Assembly (NCBI RefSeq): GCF_009834535.1 | Contig: NC_045697.1 | Location: forward strand, 55,864,001 to 55,928,000 | DNA from: Camelus ferus | Lineage: Eukaryota | DNA: 64,000 nucleotides | Direction of reading: 5' to 3' | In this document: positions 36,701 through 49,620 of the stretch, piece by piece | Layout: each line of letters begins with the position of its first letter | Position numbering within the stretch: position 1 is the stretch's first letter | Position numbers and translations under genes: made by a program | The notes under the pieces: generated by a model | What the model saw: the letters and a program-made list of their open reading frames with translations, nothing else | The model's database searches: none | Told to the model about the DNA's origin: nothing

Positions 36701-36908
36701 CACCATAAAGCTACTAGAAGAGAACATAGGCAAAACATTCTGACATAAATCAGAGCAATGTTTTCCTAGGTCAGCCTACCAAGGCAATAGAAATAAAAGC
36801 AAAAATAAATAAATGGGACCTAATCAAACATAAGCTTTTGCAAAGCAAAGAAAACCATAAACAAAATGAAAAGATAACCTACAGATGGAGAGAACATATT
36901 TGCAAGTA
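33761..36908 (+). pseudogene. L1 ORF2p (EN and RT), multiply disrupted and 3'-truncated
   Basis: EN motifs NVNG and CCLQETH; RT motif RQGCP; many stops and frameshifts. Confidence 0.92.
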
Positions 36909-37506
36909 AAATGACAACAGATTTTGGATACAGAAAAACAACATGCTAAAGATTAGACAGCATTTGGAAAGGAAAGTGGGATGATACAGGAAAGATACTG
37001 GACATTAGAGATGTTTATAGGGAGTAACCACAATAAAAATTATTGCAAATTTAGCAACATTTCTCAGAAAGTGTGTGAAAAGCAAATAAGTGCATAAAGA
37101 ATGGATCTCTGGGGTCTACAAATATTTTAAGTGTCATAACAACAACAACAAAAATAAGCCAAGATTTCTTTTTTTAAAAAGAGCTTATCTATCCAAGTCC
37201 TTTGTTATATTTTGTAGAATGGTTCCTTCTATCATCCAGTAATTGTCAGTGAGGAAAAGTAGGTATACTAGGAATATTACAAAAATAAAATTTTGCTTGT
37301 TTGATAACATGCCTATGTCATTTCAGGTCAGGCCAGAAGTAATATGAAGTGACAACATCTACCTGGATTAAGCATTTGAGTATAAAAATGAATTCACTTT
37401 GTGCAGGGTCTTGTTTTTAATCTCTTGGTTCACTCTGGGTACCATGTATTTACAACCCATAAACTTTTAAAAGGCTAGAAATTATTGTACAGTTAGGAAC
37501 ATCTGG

Positions 37507-37508
<2 letters not shown>

Positions 37509-37548
<40 letters not shown>

Positions 37549-37566
37549 ACACACACACACACACAC
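37509..37566. repeat. (CA)n microsatellite
   Basis: Directly visible, one interruption. Confidence 0.95.
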
Positions 37567-37574
37567 GGTTTTAC

Positions 37575-37648
37575 CTACTAAGGGAGTCAACATTTTTCTG
37601 GTTTGACATTTAGTTCCTGCCTCTGTAGCTGAACTTGAAGACGTCAGT
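37575..37648 (-). other. Candidate upstream exon of the fossil gene (74 nt)
   Basis: Long pyrimidine tract ending cacacag, donor TAG|GTAAAA. An ATG frame MSNQKNVDSLS(R) ends in phase 2, matching the phase of the 30590 acceptor; no homology support. Confidence 0.2.
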
Positions 37649-39489
37649 CTGTGTGAGTATAACAAAGTTAATGAAAGTGAAGAAAAAAGATTTTTTTTGG
37701 ATAGGTTTCTATATATACCTTCTTCAAATATCTTCTCCCTTGTTTTCTGCATGTATTAACAACAGTGTTTATTCCCATACATGATGCATAGAAAGGTGTC
37801 TATTTTCGAATTAATCTATTTTTAAATGGGCTTGTCAATATGACATAATTATTCATGGCAAAAAGAGTGTGATGTTTCTCCACTTCAAAATAAAAGTTAT
37901 ATTGATCTCTGGAGAAACCCCATCCTATTCCCTTTTTGTAAACACTCTGACTTCATCCTAAAATTTATTGTAACTTTACCCAAAATATAAAGAAGATAGA
38001 CTTTTGCATCCTACAGAGCAAAGGTGCTATTAAACATAAAGTAGATAAAATAAACAACATTTTTACTTTTATAATCAAACATCTGGATCAAAAATTTCAA
38101 AAGATTATTTATTCCATAGTAACTGCATATTGGATTCCACTCAGAAATTCAGTGTTTTAATAGCAGTAGAATTTCACATTCAAATTAAAGACTTAGATTT
38201 ACTTATTTTAACTTATCTGAGCAAGAGTTCTACAATTCGTAGCAAATTTAGAAAACAAAATGTAAATCCAAAAGAAAGAAAAAGAAAGTGTGTCTCATGT
38301 CTAGCCCAAAATTGAATTAATACTGAAAATTGTACTTGAGTTGGAGGTAAAATTTCATATCAGCAGTTGGAGTAGATCCTAGGTTGTATTCAAATTTGTA
38401 TTTCCAGGAGTGAAAATACAAGCGATAAAAACCTTTAGCTAGGAAGAAGAAAAAATATCTGCACAATATAGGGGTTTTTTTTAATTAAGACCTTTGTTAA
38501 TTTGTACTCAGAAATGTTTTAAAAAATTAAATTAGAAAAAAGTAATATGAAGGTAAGAAAAAAAAATTAGTTGGTTTTTCTGGTTTTCAGCATGGCTCAG
38601 ACAGCTCTTTAGAAATTATGATTTATGTCTCTTTGTAACTTACTTGGAAATAGTAACAGATTGTTTGAATAAATAACTATACATTAGTAAGAATTGGTTT
38701 TTATGTCCCTACACTTTTCACTTGTTCACCCCCCTTTCTTAGTAAAGGAAAGATAAAGATTACGGTCAAATAATGATAGAACTCTTGACACATTAACACT
38801 TTTACACATGTTCAGTGAGGCTGTGGCAGTGACAGACCCATGTTAGAGCAAAGAATGGAGATGACTCAAAGTCACCTCTTCCTTTTATCTCTTACCTGCT
38901 TTTGTGGGTCTTCTCTGGATGTTAGGGAAGTGTGGGGGGGGAAGATTAAAAACAGACATAACATTTTCTCTTGTACTGTTGACATTTTAAAAAACATATC
39001 CAAATGTTTCCTTAGTCAGAAAGACCTATTCTAAAATTAAAGCACAAAATGCCACTTTCTGACTATACAAAGAGTATAGAGCCTGGTTTTCTTCCTATGA
39101 AAAATATCATTGAAAGTTTCTTATAAATTACTGCATTCTTAACTTTCACACTTTGCCTAAAACCACCTTCTCAGGAAAGGATGGTTGTCCACAGTAAGAT
39201 GCATGGATAAGCATAAATATTTCAAAATTATTTATATTAAGTATAATTTCCATTACTTCATGTTGACTACCTTTTATCTGCTAGGTATTGTGCTATTTGT
39301 TGGGGACACTTAATATGTAACACACAATTTTTCTTCTCAAATTTATATAGGATCCAGTTTTCTTTTATTTAAAAAAAAACTACTAAAACTATTTGTTTTT
39401 ATTCCTAAAACTCTGTCAATGAACATAAGATTACTCAGTAAATAAAATAAAAACACACTGGCTAAACTATAAAATGAAATTAGCTTTAG

Positions 39490-39996
39490 ATTTTATTCAA
39501 TTTTTATACATTTTAAAGGTTATTTTCCATTTACAGTTATTACAAAATATTGCCTATATTCCTTGTGTTGTGTAATACATCCTTGAGTCTTCATACACCC
39601 ACTACTTTGTATCTCTAACTCCTATATTGTCCCTTCTCCCCAATGGTAACCATTAGTTTGTTCTCTATGAGTCTGCTTCTTTTTTGTTGTATTTGCCAGT
39701 TTGCTGTATTTTTTAGATTCCATATATAAGTGATATCATACAGTATCTGCCTTTCTCTGTATGACTTATTTCACTTAGTATAATGCCCTCCAAGTCCATC
39801 CATGTTGTTGCAAATGGCAAATTTTTGTATTTTTATGGCTGAGTAGTATTCTATTGTGTGTGTGTGTGTGTGTGTGTATACCACATCGTCTTTATCTATT
39901 CATCTGTTGATGGACACTTAGGTTGCTTCTGGCAATTGTAAATAACATTATGAACATTGGGGTGCACATATCTTTTCGAATTACTGGTCTTGTTTC
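39490..39996 (-). mobile_element. 5'-truncated L1 3' end (cetartiodactyl type)
   Basis: ggtaaccattagtttgttctctatgagtctg...tagattccatatataagtgatatcatacagtat...ccatccatgttgttgcaaatggcaa. Confidence 0.9.
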
Positions 39997-41479
39997 ATGC
40001 TTTACTTCAATAAATGTTGACTGAGCTTTTATTATGTACTAGGTACTGTGCAGTAACTCATCTTCACCTGTCTACAGTTTCCCTCTCTATACCTACTCAT
40101 GAGTCCAAAGTCTGTCTTAGAATCTTGCTTCTCACAACCATCTCAATTTGAAATACCAACCACATCCTCTTTATTACTGTGAAGCTCACACACTATTCAG
40201 GATTCAATTAGTAGTTACTTTATTTATACCTGTTTTACTACCATGTAGTAATATTACCTTCCTCCAAATATCTAGAATATTTAGTTAATCCTGTCTTTTG
40301 AACATACTCTGCATTGTTACTTTTTTTTCTCATATGTATATTTCCTACCACAATGACACACAAACTAACTTTAACTTGGGTCATGTGTGCCTAGAACAAT
40401 TTTACACACATAGAAGGTATCTGATTTTTTTTTTTAGGTTTTCTTGAAAATAGTAAAATCTATATTCCTCCTACTTAATCCTTGCACTTAATTAGACATA
40501 GTTTTTTTTCATCATAAAGTAAAATGAATCTTCAAAGCCCACTGTTTCTCTTTTCTTTTATTTGTTCAGCAAATAGATATCATTAGTTTCTTCTTTCCCC
40601 GTACATTAAAACAAGCAAAAGAAACATATTTGGCTAAACTTAATCCATGAACTACAGAGACAGCTTTGAGTAGCTAACTGTACAAGCTTTTGTGACAGAC
40701 AACTTGAGTTTAGATTCTCTTATTTTTGAGGTTTCTGAGCTTCAGCAAGTTTCTTATACCCATGACTTAATTTGGTCATCTACAGAGTTAAAAAAACCAA
40801 AGCAATAACAACAACAAAAGACCTCCTAGTTCTGTGTGTGGTTTAAAGTTAGTGTCTATAGTGCACTCCATAAGCATTAACTCTTCTCTATCATTAATCA
40901 ATCTACATATGGACCTAGAAAGATTTGACTTGACTGTGTTCAGTTTATGTGTGAAGAACATCCACAGAGACAACCCTTATATAAAAGAACACTTTATCCA
41001 TCAAGCTCTACCAACAGTTATTTTCCCAGGTTCTGTTTATACACAAATGTGTAAAATGCATACCTCTAAAGAAGTAAGTCAGTCATCTGAAATGACTCTG
41101 TAATTTATTTTGCAAAATAAATACTCATATCCACATCAATACCAGGAACGTATTTATTATTAAATATCTACTTGATAAACTATAAGAAGAAAATGAACAC
41201 CATTTGGAAAAGTAAAATTATGGCAATAAATTTCCATATAATTATTGATTTTAGATTAAATATAGCTTGTAAATAAATATTAATGCAATATGTTTGTTGT
41301 GTTTCAGAAACATGTAAGACGTTTAAACAGTCAAAGCCACAAAGCCCATTTGTGTTAGTGTATTGAAGAACCCTGTGCATTGAATAGGCAGTATTTGAAT
41401 AAAAAAGGATTAAAATTGACTTCTCATTTTTTAGTCTTTTAAGTCCTATGACTTATATTACTTTCTTAATGTTCTAAAG

Positions 41480-41805
41480 ATGAATTCATCCACAAAACAG
41501 AAACAGACTCACAGACATAGTAAACATTCTTATGCTTACCGGAGGAAAGGGGGTGTGAAGGGATAAATTTGGGAGTTTGAGATTTGCAAATGTTAGCCCT
41601 TATATGTAAAAATAGATTAAGAAAACAAATTTCTTCTGTATAACACAGGGAACTATATTCAATATCTTATAATAACCTTTAATGAAAACAATATGAAAAC
41701 AAATATATGCATGTATATGCATGACTGGGACATTGTGCTGTATACCAGAAACTGATACACTGTAACTCACTATACTCAATAAAAAATTTTTTAAATAAAA
41801 AAAAA
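41480..41805 (+). mobile_element. 5'-truncated L1 3'UTR with A-tail
   Basis: Same 3'UTR type as 5750-6060 (gagatttgcaaatgttagcc...aaatagattaa...atttcttctgtata). Confidence 0.92.
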
Positions 41806-43970
41806 CTGCAGATGTTATAAGAAAGCTGTTTTAGATGATCTCCAAAGTGGAAGCATGTTCAAGAAGTGTAAACTACATCAAAGTAACATATACAGTAAGT
41901 GCTAGAGTTTGGACATGAACTCAGCTTATGCCACTTGAGGTCTTTTCATTATCCTATGCTGAACTAATGTTCCTTTTTTTTGAAACACAAAAATGTTTCA
42001 TTTTTATTTCATTACATTGAATAAATTATTGCCCAAAATGTACTGTGGGAATAATCTTAAATAGCATGTTGCACGTACAAAATACAGGCACAAAAATATA
42101 CGTACATTTGGAGTTACAATTATTAGCTCCACTAAATAAGAGAATTTGTCTAATACCTTCCTAAAGATAAGAGAAATGTAGTCTATTGGATTTTAATTCA
42201 TCCCTATCACTTTATAAAACATAAACACATGTGTATACATATTTTTGAACGTAATTTTAAGGACTTAAAATGAGACTTTAGTGAACTTAAGGTGCATGTT
42301 ATTAGGACACCTCCAAATATTGCTTGATTGGTTCTGTATAACCATGAGGCTTGTTTACTTCAATTCTGTATTATCTCACTGCATATGACCTTCTGTTGGA
42401 ATTAGTATTTGAAAGGGTGATTCAAACACAATGTTGAAGTTCTATCAAATTTAGACACATTTTCCATTTTCAAATTTTAACTAGATGCTCCTTTCTGCTG
42501 ACACTCCATCTTTTCTAATGTTTGAAGCTGCCTTAACTGAAACCTGAATGATCTCTATGCATGCTAAACTTTTGCTTCATGGTTGATTAACTTCTTATGT
42601 GCATCTTCTACACCTTACAAGACAGTGTGGAATATAGTAAATGTTGAGAAAATTAATTACTATCAAGAAACTTATAGGACTTTGATCTTATAAAATATCA
42701 CCTTGTTCAAAGCTGAAGAAACTTACAAATAAAAATCAGTGGTTTCTGACATATTTTTGAAAGTTTACTGTTCCCTGAAAAGAATGTTAAAAAAAAATCT
42801 ATCAAAGCTTGTAGAAAAGTCAGCTATCTAAAACACTGCTATTTTTTTAGTGAATGCCTCCTGTTCAAAACATATCCTTAAAGTCACTGTCTTGAGATTT
42901 GATGTCAGTGGAAAGCATTTTGTCTCCTGATTCACCAAAACAAACAAAACATACACCATCATTGTCATTAAATTGTTAAACTAAGAAAAAAAGAGAGACA
43001 ATATAAGATCACTATTATTAGACATGGAGAGAGAGAGATAAAGAATTATAGAGACTTGGTATTAAGTTCTGAAGATCTTACTTTTATTAAGTTCAACTTG
43101 CTAGGAATACTGTCTATTTTAAAAGAAGTCATTTTGATGTTTTAATTATGTCTTTGAGTAGCAGGTGGAAAACTACAATGATAAAGAAAACATTATATAA
43201 AAGACCAAGATAAAAACACATTATAGTAGTCTTCTCTCAGGATTTCCTAATGGCTTGAATTTTTTATCTAAAAGAAAAAAGGAAAAAAATGTTTGTTTGG
43301 TTTTTAATTTTCAAGAGGAGGAAGAGGCCATTTAATGTTGCTTAGATAGAATTAGTACTAAGTGCTAACAGACTATACTGTTAAAAAAAAAACTAGATGA
43401 CATATATAAAACACCAAAAACAGCTTTGTTTCTCATCAAAGACTTGGCTATATATAAAGAGAAAAATTGAGCTTTGTGCCAATACTGTATCCATTAGAGT
43501 TTTTAAATATGCTTGCATACAGCTTCAAGTAACTTTCAACAAAAGTATAGGTAGGACTGGCCTCTTAAAAATCTGGACTAGTAAGAGAAAATGCTTTTCT
43601 TCCATTCTGACTATTATGGTAGAATCAGGAGGTTGTGGATGCTGCTGAAGAAGACCTGAAAGACAAGATTCTCAAACCTGAGTTGTAATGAGATTTACTA
43701 TGCATCTTGGTAATGAGGAAGATGACTGAAATCAGTTGGGAGTTCAAGAACTCCTTTTTTCATATTCCTCTTCTCTTTGTTTCCTTTGAGAGGGCTTTTG
43801 CAAAATGACATTTTTTTGTAGTGTGGAGTAACATTGGTTTGGATTCACTAAAACTTGGTAGAATTACAGACTATTATGATTTCCTTTCATTTGTAAGAAA
43901 GGGATAATAGTAATAACCTCTTAAAGCAATTGTGCAAATCTAACTTCTGTGAAAAAATTTTTTATGGTGT

Positions 43971-44455
43971 TGTATCAGTTAGGGTCCATCTAGGGAAACA
44001 GAAATTTCTCTCAAAATGTTTGAAATAGGAGCTTGTCACACTGGTAATACAAGAGCTGTGAAGTCAAATGGGATGGTGAAGTATTATCAACAGCAGAAGA
44101 CACTACAAGTTCTAAGTTTATTATAAAGTCAAGAGGCAGTAACATTGGCACCTAGAAAATGGGTGTGCCACGAGCTGCTGGAACCACATGGAGCTTATTT
44201 AGTCAGAGCTGGAGCCAAGGGGGAATATGGGATCTGCCAGAGAAAGGAGGAGAAAATACCCTGGCTTCTCCCTTAGTTCCACTCTCTAATCCCTCAAACA
44301 CTGCTTCCTATTGGTTTCTCAGCCACAAGTCTGCTACTATAGGAACTTGGACAATGTAGCCTTTATGGTCAGTTCCCTATTATTTTGAGCCCAGCATCAC
44401 TCAGGCAAAGAATGGATTTGAGGGAAAAAAAAACCCACAAAGGACTGGTTCATAG
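43971..44455 (-). mobile_element. Old ERVL LTR (LTR33/LTR41-like)
   Basis: tgtatcagttagggtccatctagggaaacagaaa...gagctgtgaagtcaaatggg...aaataccctggcttctccct...cttcctattgg. Confidence 0.65.
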
Positions 44456-45139
44456 TTCACATATGTGCTTGGTAAATGGTGCATCTCTTATATCTGTTAC
44501 TCACTTGTTAAGAAAAAATTTATTTTACTCAAACAAGTGAGTTTAACAAAGTTAAATAAGATTGTCTATTTCAGGATTGTCAGAACTTTATGCTGAATGT
44601 GACTCTTGTAAAAAGTTAATTTATTATTTACTCTCCCAAATTTAATTGATCTTGAAATCCTTCATTCTTGATTGAACATTTTGATGAAATTAGAATCTTT
44701 ACCTGTATACGTATAAACCCTATTAAATTTATGTAATTTTGATCTTCTTGCTTCACTGGTGTTACTCTTGGGACAGATCACAGCTAATAATACAGAAGGG
44801 AAATACCAGGATCAGTAACTAATTTAAAACCATGTTCTGACTCCAAATTATTAAAATATCCACTAATATTCAATGGCAATTGTTTCAAAACAACTGATGA
44901 ACACATACAAATTGTCCAGGAATCATCATGGCCCCCAGATTATCAGATCTTGGAGTGGGCTATTTCTACAAAGGCACATTAAAGTAGAAACTGATCCTGA
45001 CATCTTATTTTCCCAGCCTCCTCTCTTGCCATTTCCCAATACTCCTCCAGACTTCCTTCTTATCTTCATCTTCACCATTATCCAGGGATTTCCTTCAAAA
45101 TTCTCAATTCAAGTGTTACATATTTTATAAAATCTGTCC

Positions 45140-45370
45140 AGATGTCCCTCCATACAAAATTAATCACTTTTTCCATTCAGTTATAATTGCTCCTGCTATG
45201 TTTCTATTATGCCACTTATCACATTTCATCATAGATAGCGAGATGCTTGTCTGTCTCCTCTGATACAATACAAATCCTAAAGTTAGAGATTACTTTTCAT
45301 GCTTGCCTATATTCTCAGCTCTTTGCATAGTAACTGAATCTTTGTACCCACTCAATAAATATTTATTAAA
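45140..45370 (+). mobile_element. L2 3' end
   Basis: tgtctgtctcctctg...cactcaataaatatttattaaa. Confidence 0.75.
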
Positions 45371-47091
45371 ATTACTTAAACTTTGGCCCATAAAAGTATG
45401 CAAAAACAAAGAAAACATACTTTAGAAATTACAACTTGCTGTATTGTCTGAGAAACTTCCTGAATTATTTAATTCACATTGTATGTTAAGGCATAACCTT
45501 AATATAAACATCCTATTAAAATAGTATTCCATGGACAAACTCATTTAACTCAATCTCCACTAAGTAAATTCCTTATGCACCCCAATACTTCAATTTGGTA
45601 TTCATCCACGTACCTTCCCTCCTGTGTACAAATGGATAACCCTCTATTTTACCCCCAAGGCATATTCAAGCTTGAAAAGGACTGTAGTAATCCAAAAAGA
45701 GAAGTGTACGCTGTTCATTCCAGCAAACCATGACTATCAAAGAGAATGCCAAAGGGCATTATTCATTAAAAAATGAATTAACAAGGCTTTCTGCAATTTT
45801 GCTGCAGATTTTTCTTTTACAAAAGACTAAAAGAATGCATGATGCAGTGGATCCAAAAGCAAAAAAATACATTCTGGCAACTATTCAAATGCAAATTTGG
45901 CTATGCTGAGTGTTCAGGTGACAGCCTGGGTGTTTATATATTGTCTATCATTGTAACAGTGAAGCATTCAGACAACCTAATTAGTTTATTAAAATTACCT
46001 GTTTGAGAGACTAGATGTCCCTGAAAAGCTTCTATATAAAGCTATTTTTGAATGGCAGAGAAAGGTGTACCAGAATCTCTTATATAAATAGAAGGCTCAT
46101 GAAAAAATAATCAAAAGAGACAAATAAAACAAACAAAAGCAAAACACAATTTTGTTTATTAGGTTGAGAAATACAATCTCTGTGTAATTATTTAAGAGGT
46201 CAGACTGTTTCACTTTAGCCTATATACTATGTTTCAAATTTGTGACTCTCCCTTAATGTGCATTAGTAACTTGAACCATTCTTGCATTACCAATTAGCCT
46301 GGTCTATCACATGTATTTTTACCATGTCCACCCTCTCCTTTAGGGACTCATGGTTTTGCCACTGTTTGTAATCCTCTCTACTATAAACAGTCTCTGGAAA
46401 TTTTAAATTTTAAAATGATAATTAGTATATTTTGGTTTCCTTTTTCTCATCCTTTGTGAAAAGAGCAACATTATAAGAATGTTTGGGTAAGAAAATTCTA
46501 ACATCAAGGTTTTATTTTCTACTTGAAGTTTGTGGTAGTATCTCAGTACAGTTACATACAGAATGGCTGGAACATTTGGAATTTATCAGTGTGAAAATCA
46601 GTGAAATAAATACTCATGGGTTTAATGTACATTTTAGAATAAACTGAACACAGGAATTATATTTTTTATAAAAATTAATAACTTGAATAATTCCCACAGT
46701 GAAAGGCTAACATTTGCCTTTGCACAATTTTAATAGAAAAGGTATATTAAGTGAATTTTAAGCAACCCTGATTAATAGAATTATTTAACCCACATAAAGA
46801 AGAAATGTTCTTAACTAGTAGACAATCTCAAGGCTGGTCATCAAAGCAACAGCCTACCTTATGGCCCAATTTACTTTTGCGGAATTATCTCTATTAGAAC
46901 CCCACACATACATCTTGTGCTTTAGCCAACTTGGAGTACTTGCAGTTTTCAGGACACAACACGCATTTAATAATGTTTGCCATGTAGACCTCTTCATTTT
47001 CTCTACCTACAATCCCCTCTTTGCTATGTACTAGACAGTACTGGATAATTTTTATGTTTCAAGGCATTTCAAGATTTATCCTTTTATTATT

Positions 47092-47693
47092 AAAAATATA
47101 TCCAGGAAAGACAAAAACTCTAATTTGAAAAGATACATGCACCTCAATGTTCACAACAGCATAATTTACAATATCCAAGACATGGAAACAACCTAAATGT
47201 CCATCAATAGATGAATGGCTAAAGCTGTGGTATATACATGCAATGGAATATTACTCGGCCATAAAAAGGAATGAAATAATGCCATTTGCAGCAACATGAA
47301 TGGACCTAGAGAGTATCAGAGTAAGTGAAGTAAGTCAAAGACAAATATCATATGATATCATTTATATGTGGAATATAAAAAAGGGTAAAAATGAACTTAT
47401 TTACAAAATAAAAATAGACTCAGACATAGAAAACAAACTTACGGTTAGCAAAGAGGGATGAGGGATAAATTAGGAGTTTGGGATTAACAGATACACACTG
47501 CTATATATAAAACAGATAAGGACCTACTGTATAGCACAGGGAACTATATTCAATATCTTGTAACAAACAATAATGGAAAAGTATTTGAAAAAGAATAAAC
47601 ATATATGTATAATTGAATCACTTTTCTGTACAGTTGAAACTAACACATTGTAAATTAAATATACTCCATTAAAAATGAACAAAGAAAAAAAAA
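47092..47693 (+). mobile_element. 5'-truncated L1 (ORF2 end, 3'UTR, A-tail)
   Basis: aaagatacatgcacctcaatgttc...gccatttgcagcaacatg...ggacctactgtatagcacagggaacta. Confidence 0.92.
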
Positions 47694-47959
47694 GGGCAAA
47701 GCAAATTCAAAAAAAATAGATAAACAGACAAAGCTTCTACATTTCTTAAAGTGTAAAAATGTTGTACAGTTACAGTAACCAGCAGAGCTGGAAGGCAAAA
47801 ATATAAGCATTTTTCATACCTCAGAAGCCCCAGGAAGAGGTAAGTCTCATAGATTAATGCTAAGTTTAAACCCAGGTGTTCAGGGATCTTTGCATTGTTT
47901 TGTTTTTTGTTTTGCTTTGGTTTTCTTCCATTTTTTTTTTATAAATCAACTATATTTTA

Positions 47960-48004
47960 TTTATTCATTCATTCATTCGAGTTACAGTCTTTTTACAATG
48001 TTGT
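47960..48004 (-). mobile_element. Ultra-short (about 45 bp) L1 tail insertion
   Basis: gagttacagtctttttacaatgttgt is the reverse complement of the L1 3' terminus (cf. 61520-61545); flanked by aactatatttta and aactataatttta. Confidence 0.65.
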
Positions 48005-48371
48005 AACTATAATTTTAAAAAAGAAACAGCACAAAGATTCCCTAAAGGTGAACTTAAGAGCATAACATCAGAACCACCCACACTCTACACTTCACAGTCA
48101 CCAAACTTTTGAAACTTGAAATGTCCAAAAGCAATGACATATAGTGGGAAATAAGTTTGGCAAATTCTAGCTTCTGAGTCCTAGCTTCCTGGCTTGAGAA
48201 GTAAAAATAGGAGTTCACACTATGTTTATGTATCTTATGTATTTATCAGCCAAAATCAGAGAATCTTCGCATTGTTGATTGTTCTGAGAATAGTTCCCAA
48301 TACACAACAGACTCCGAGATATTTGTGGGAAAAGAAGAAAGGAGGGAAGGAAGAAAGGAATGGGGAAATCC

Positions 48372-48480
<109 letters not shown>

Positions 48481-49449
48481 ATCAGAAGTCCATTTTATAG
48501 ATCATTAACTATTTTCGGCAGTTTAAAAAAAAAATCTGAAGAACCAGTCAAGAAAAAATCATGCTACAATGTAAGTAAAAAATTATACACTGATAATTAA
48601 TTAAAAATTTAAATAGCTTAATTTAAAATTTTATCTCTGTATGTAATGAATCCAACTACTGCCAAATGTCAATTTTTTTCCCCCAATTGATAGGAATGTT
48701 GCTTACATGCTATAATTAACCTCTGAAGTTATTTCTTAAGATATCTAACCACAGAGAAATAGGGACATATTTTAAAATTTTTTTAAACTCTGATAAGAGA
48801 AATTACTATCCCCATTATATCAAAAAGGCCATGGTAGTTAGTAAAATAACTTCTTTGTGACTAAAATAAATGTCTGGGCATTTCCAATGGTAGACTTTTA
48901 ATCAGTAGTCTCTATTTTATTTGGTAATTTTATATCTTTTCAATTTCAAAGTATATATATTTTGATAAGAAAAGTTTCATTCTTAAAAATAGATTATAAG
49001 GCACAAGCTTGTGGGTGTAACTATGAAAGGAATTGGGTGCTTCAAGATTGCAGTGAGTGATCTCATTCCTCAAAAAGGGTCAACAGACATTGGGCTTTAT
49101 GTCCCCATGTGTTATGAGATAGTAATAGTTACATAAATTCACCAGATGATGAGACCTTCATATATTCAAGGACTGTGTAGTAAGACTCTAGTAAAATTCT
49201 AGTCTCAAAGTCCATTTCTATACTCATGAAGTATACTGGGAAAGAGAATATCTAACCAAATCTGATACTCCAATCATCCCACTTTTTACTTCAAGTTTTC
49301 TGGCATAATAAATAACAAAAACATTAAGGATTATACATTGAAAAAAATGTTTATCTCCTTTCCAACTATGATAGGTAAGGCATTTGTAAAGTTGTTTTAA
49401 TATTTAAATTCTGAACATACTGCCTTGAAGAATCCATTGAAAGACGATC

Positions 49450-49620
49450 CTCATCAACCATGTATTTGACCAGACACATTATTTAACTTCAGTTTCTTCA
49501 TTTTTGTGATTGAGTTAGTAACAGGACCCACCTCAAAAATTTCTTTTTAATGAGAACTACATAGTTAATATTTGTGAAGTATTTGGAAAACTGGCAGGCA
49601 CATAGTCAAGTCTAAATTAG
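49450..49620 (+). mobile_element. MIR fragment
   Basis: ttatttaacttcagtttcttcatttttgtgatt...cccacctcaaaa. Confidence 0.65.

Larger units (their letters stand above)
30948..36908 (+). mobile_element. Older near-full-length L1 with intact 5'UTR, decayed ORF1/ORF2, and missing 3' end
   Basis: Starts gaggggagttcgagatgacgg; 5'UTR to about 32446; ORF1 about 32447-33358; ORF2 from 33761 (MAINIHLSIITINVNG); homology stops at about 36908, before the CCHC motif; no tail or TSD seen. Confidence 0.95.
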
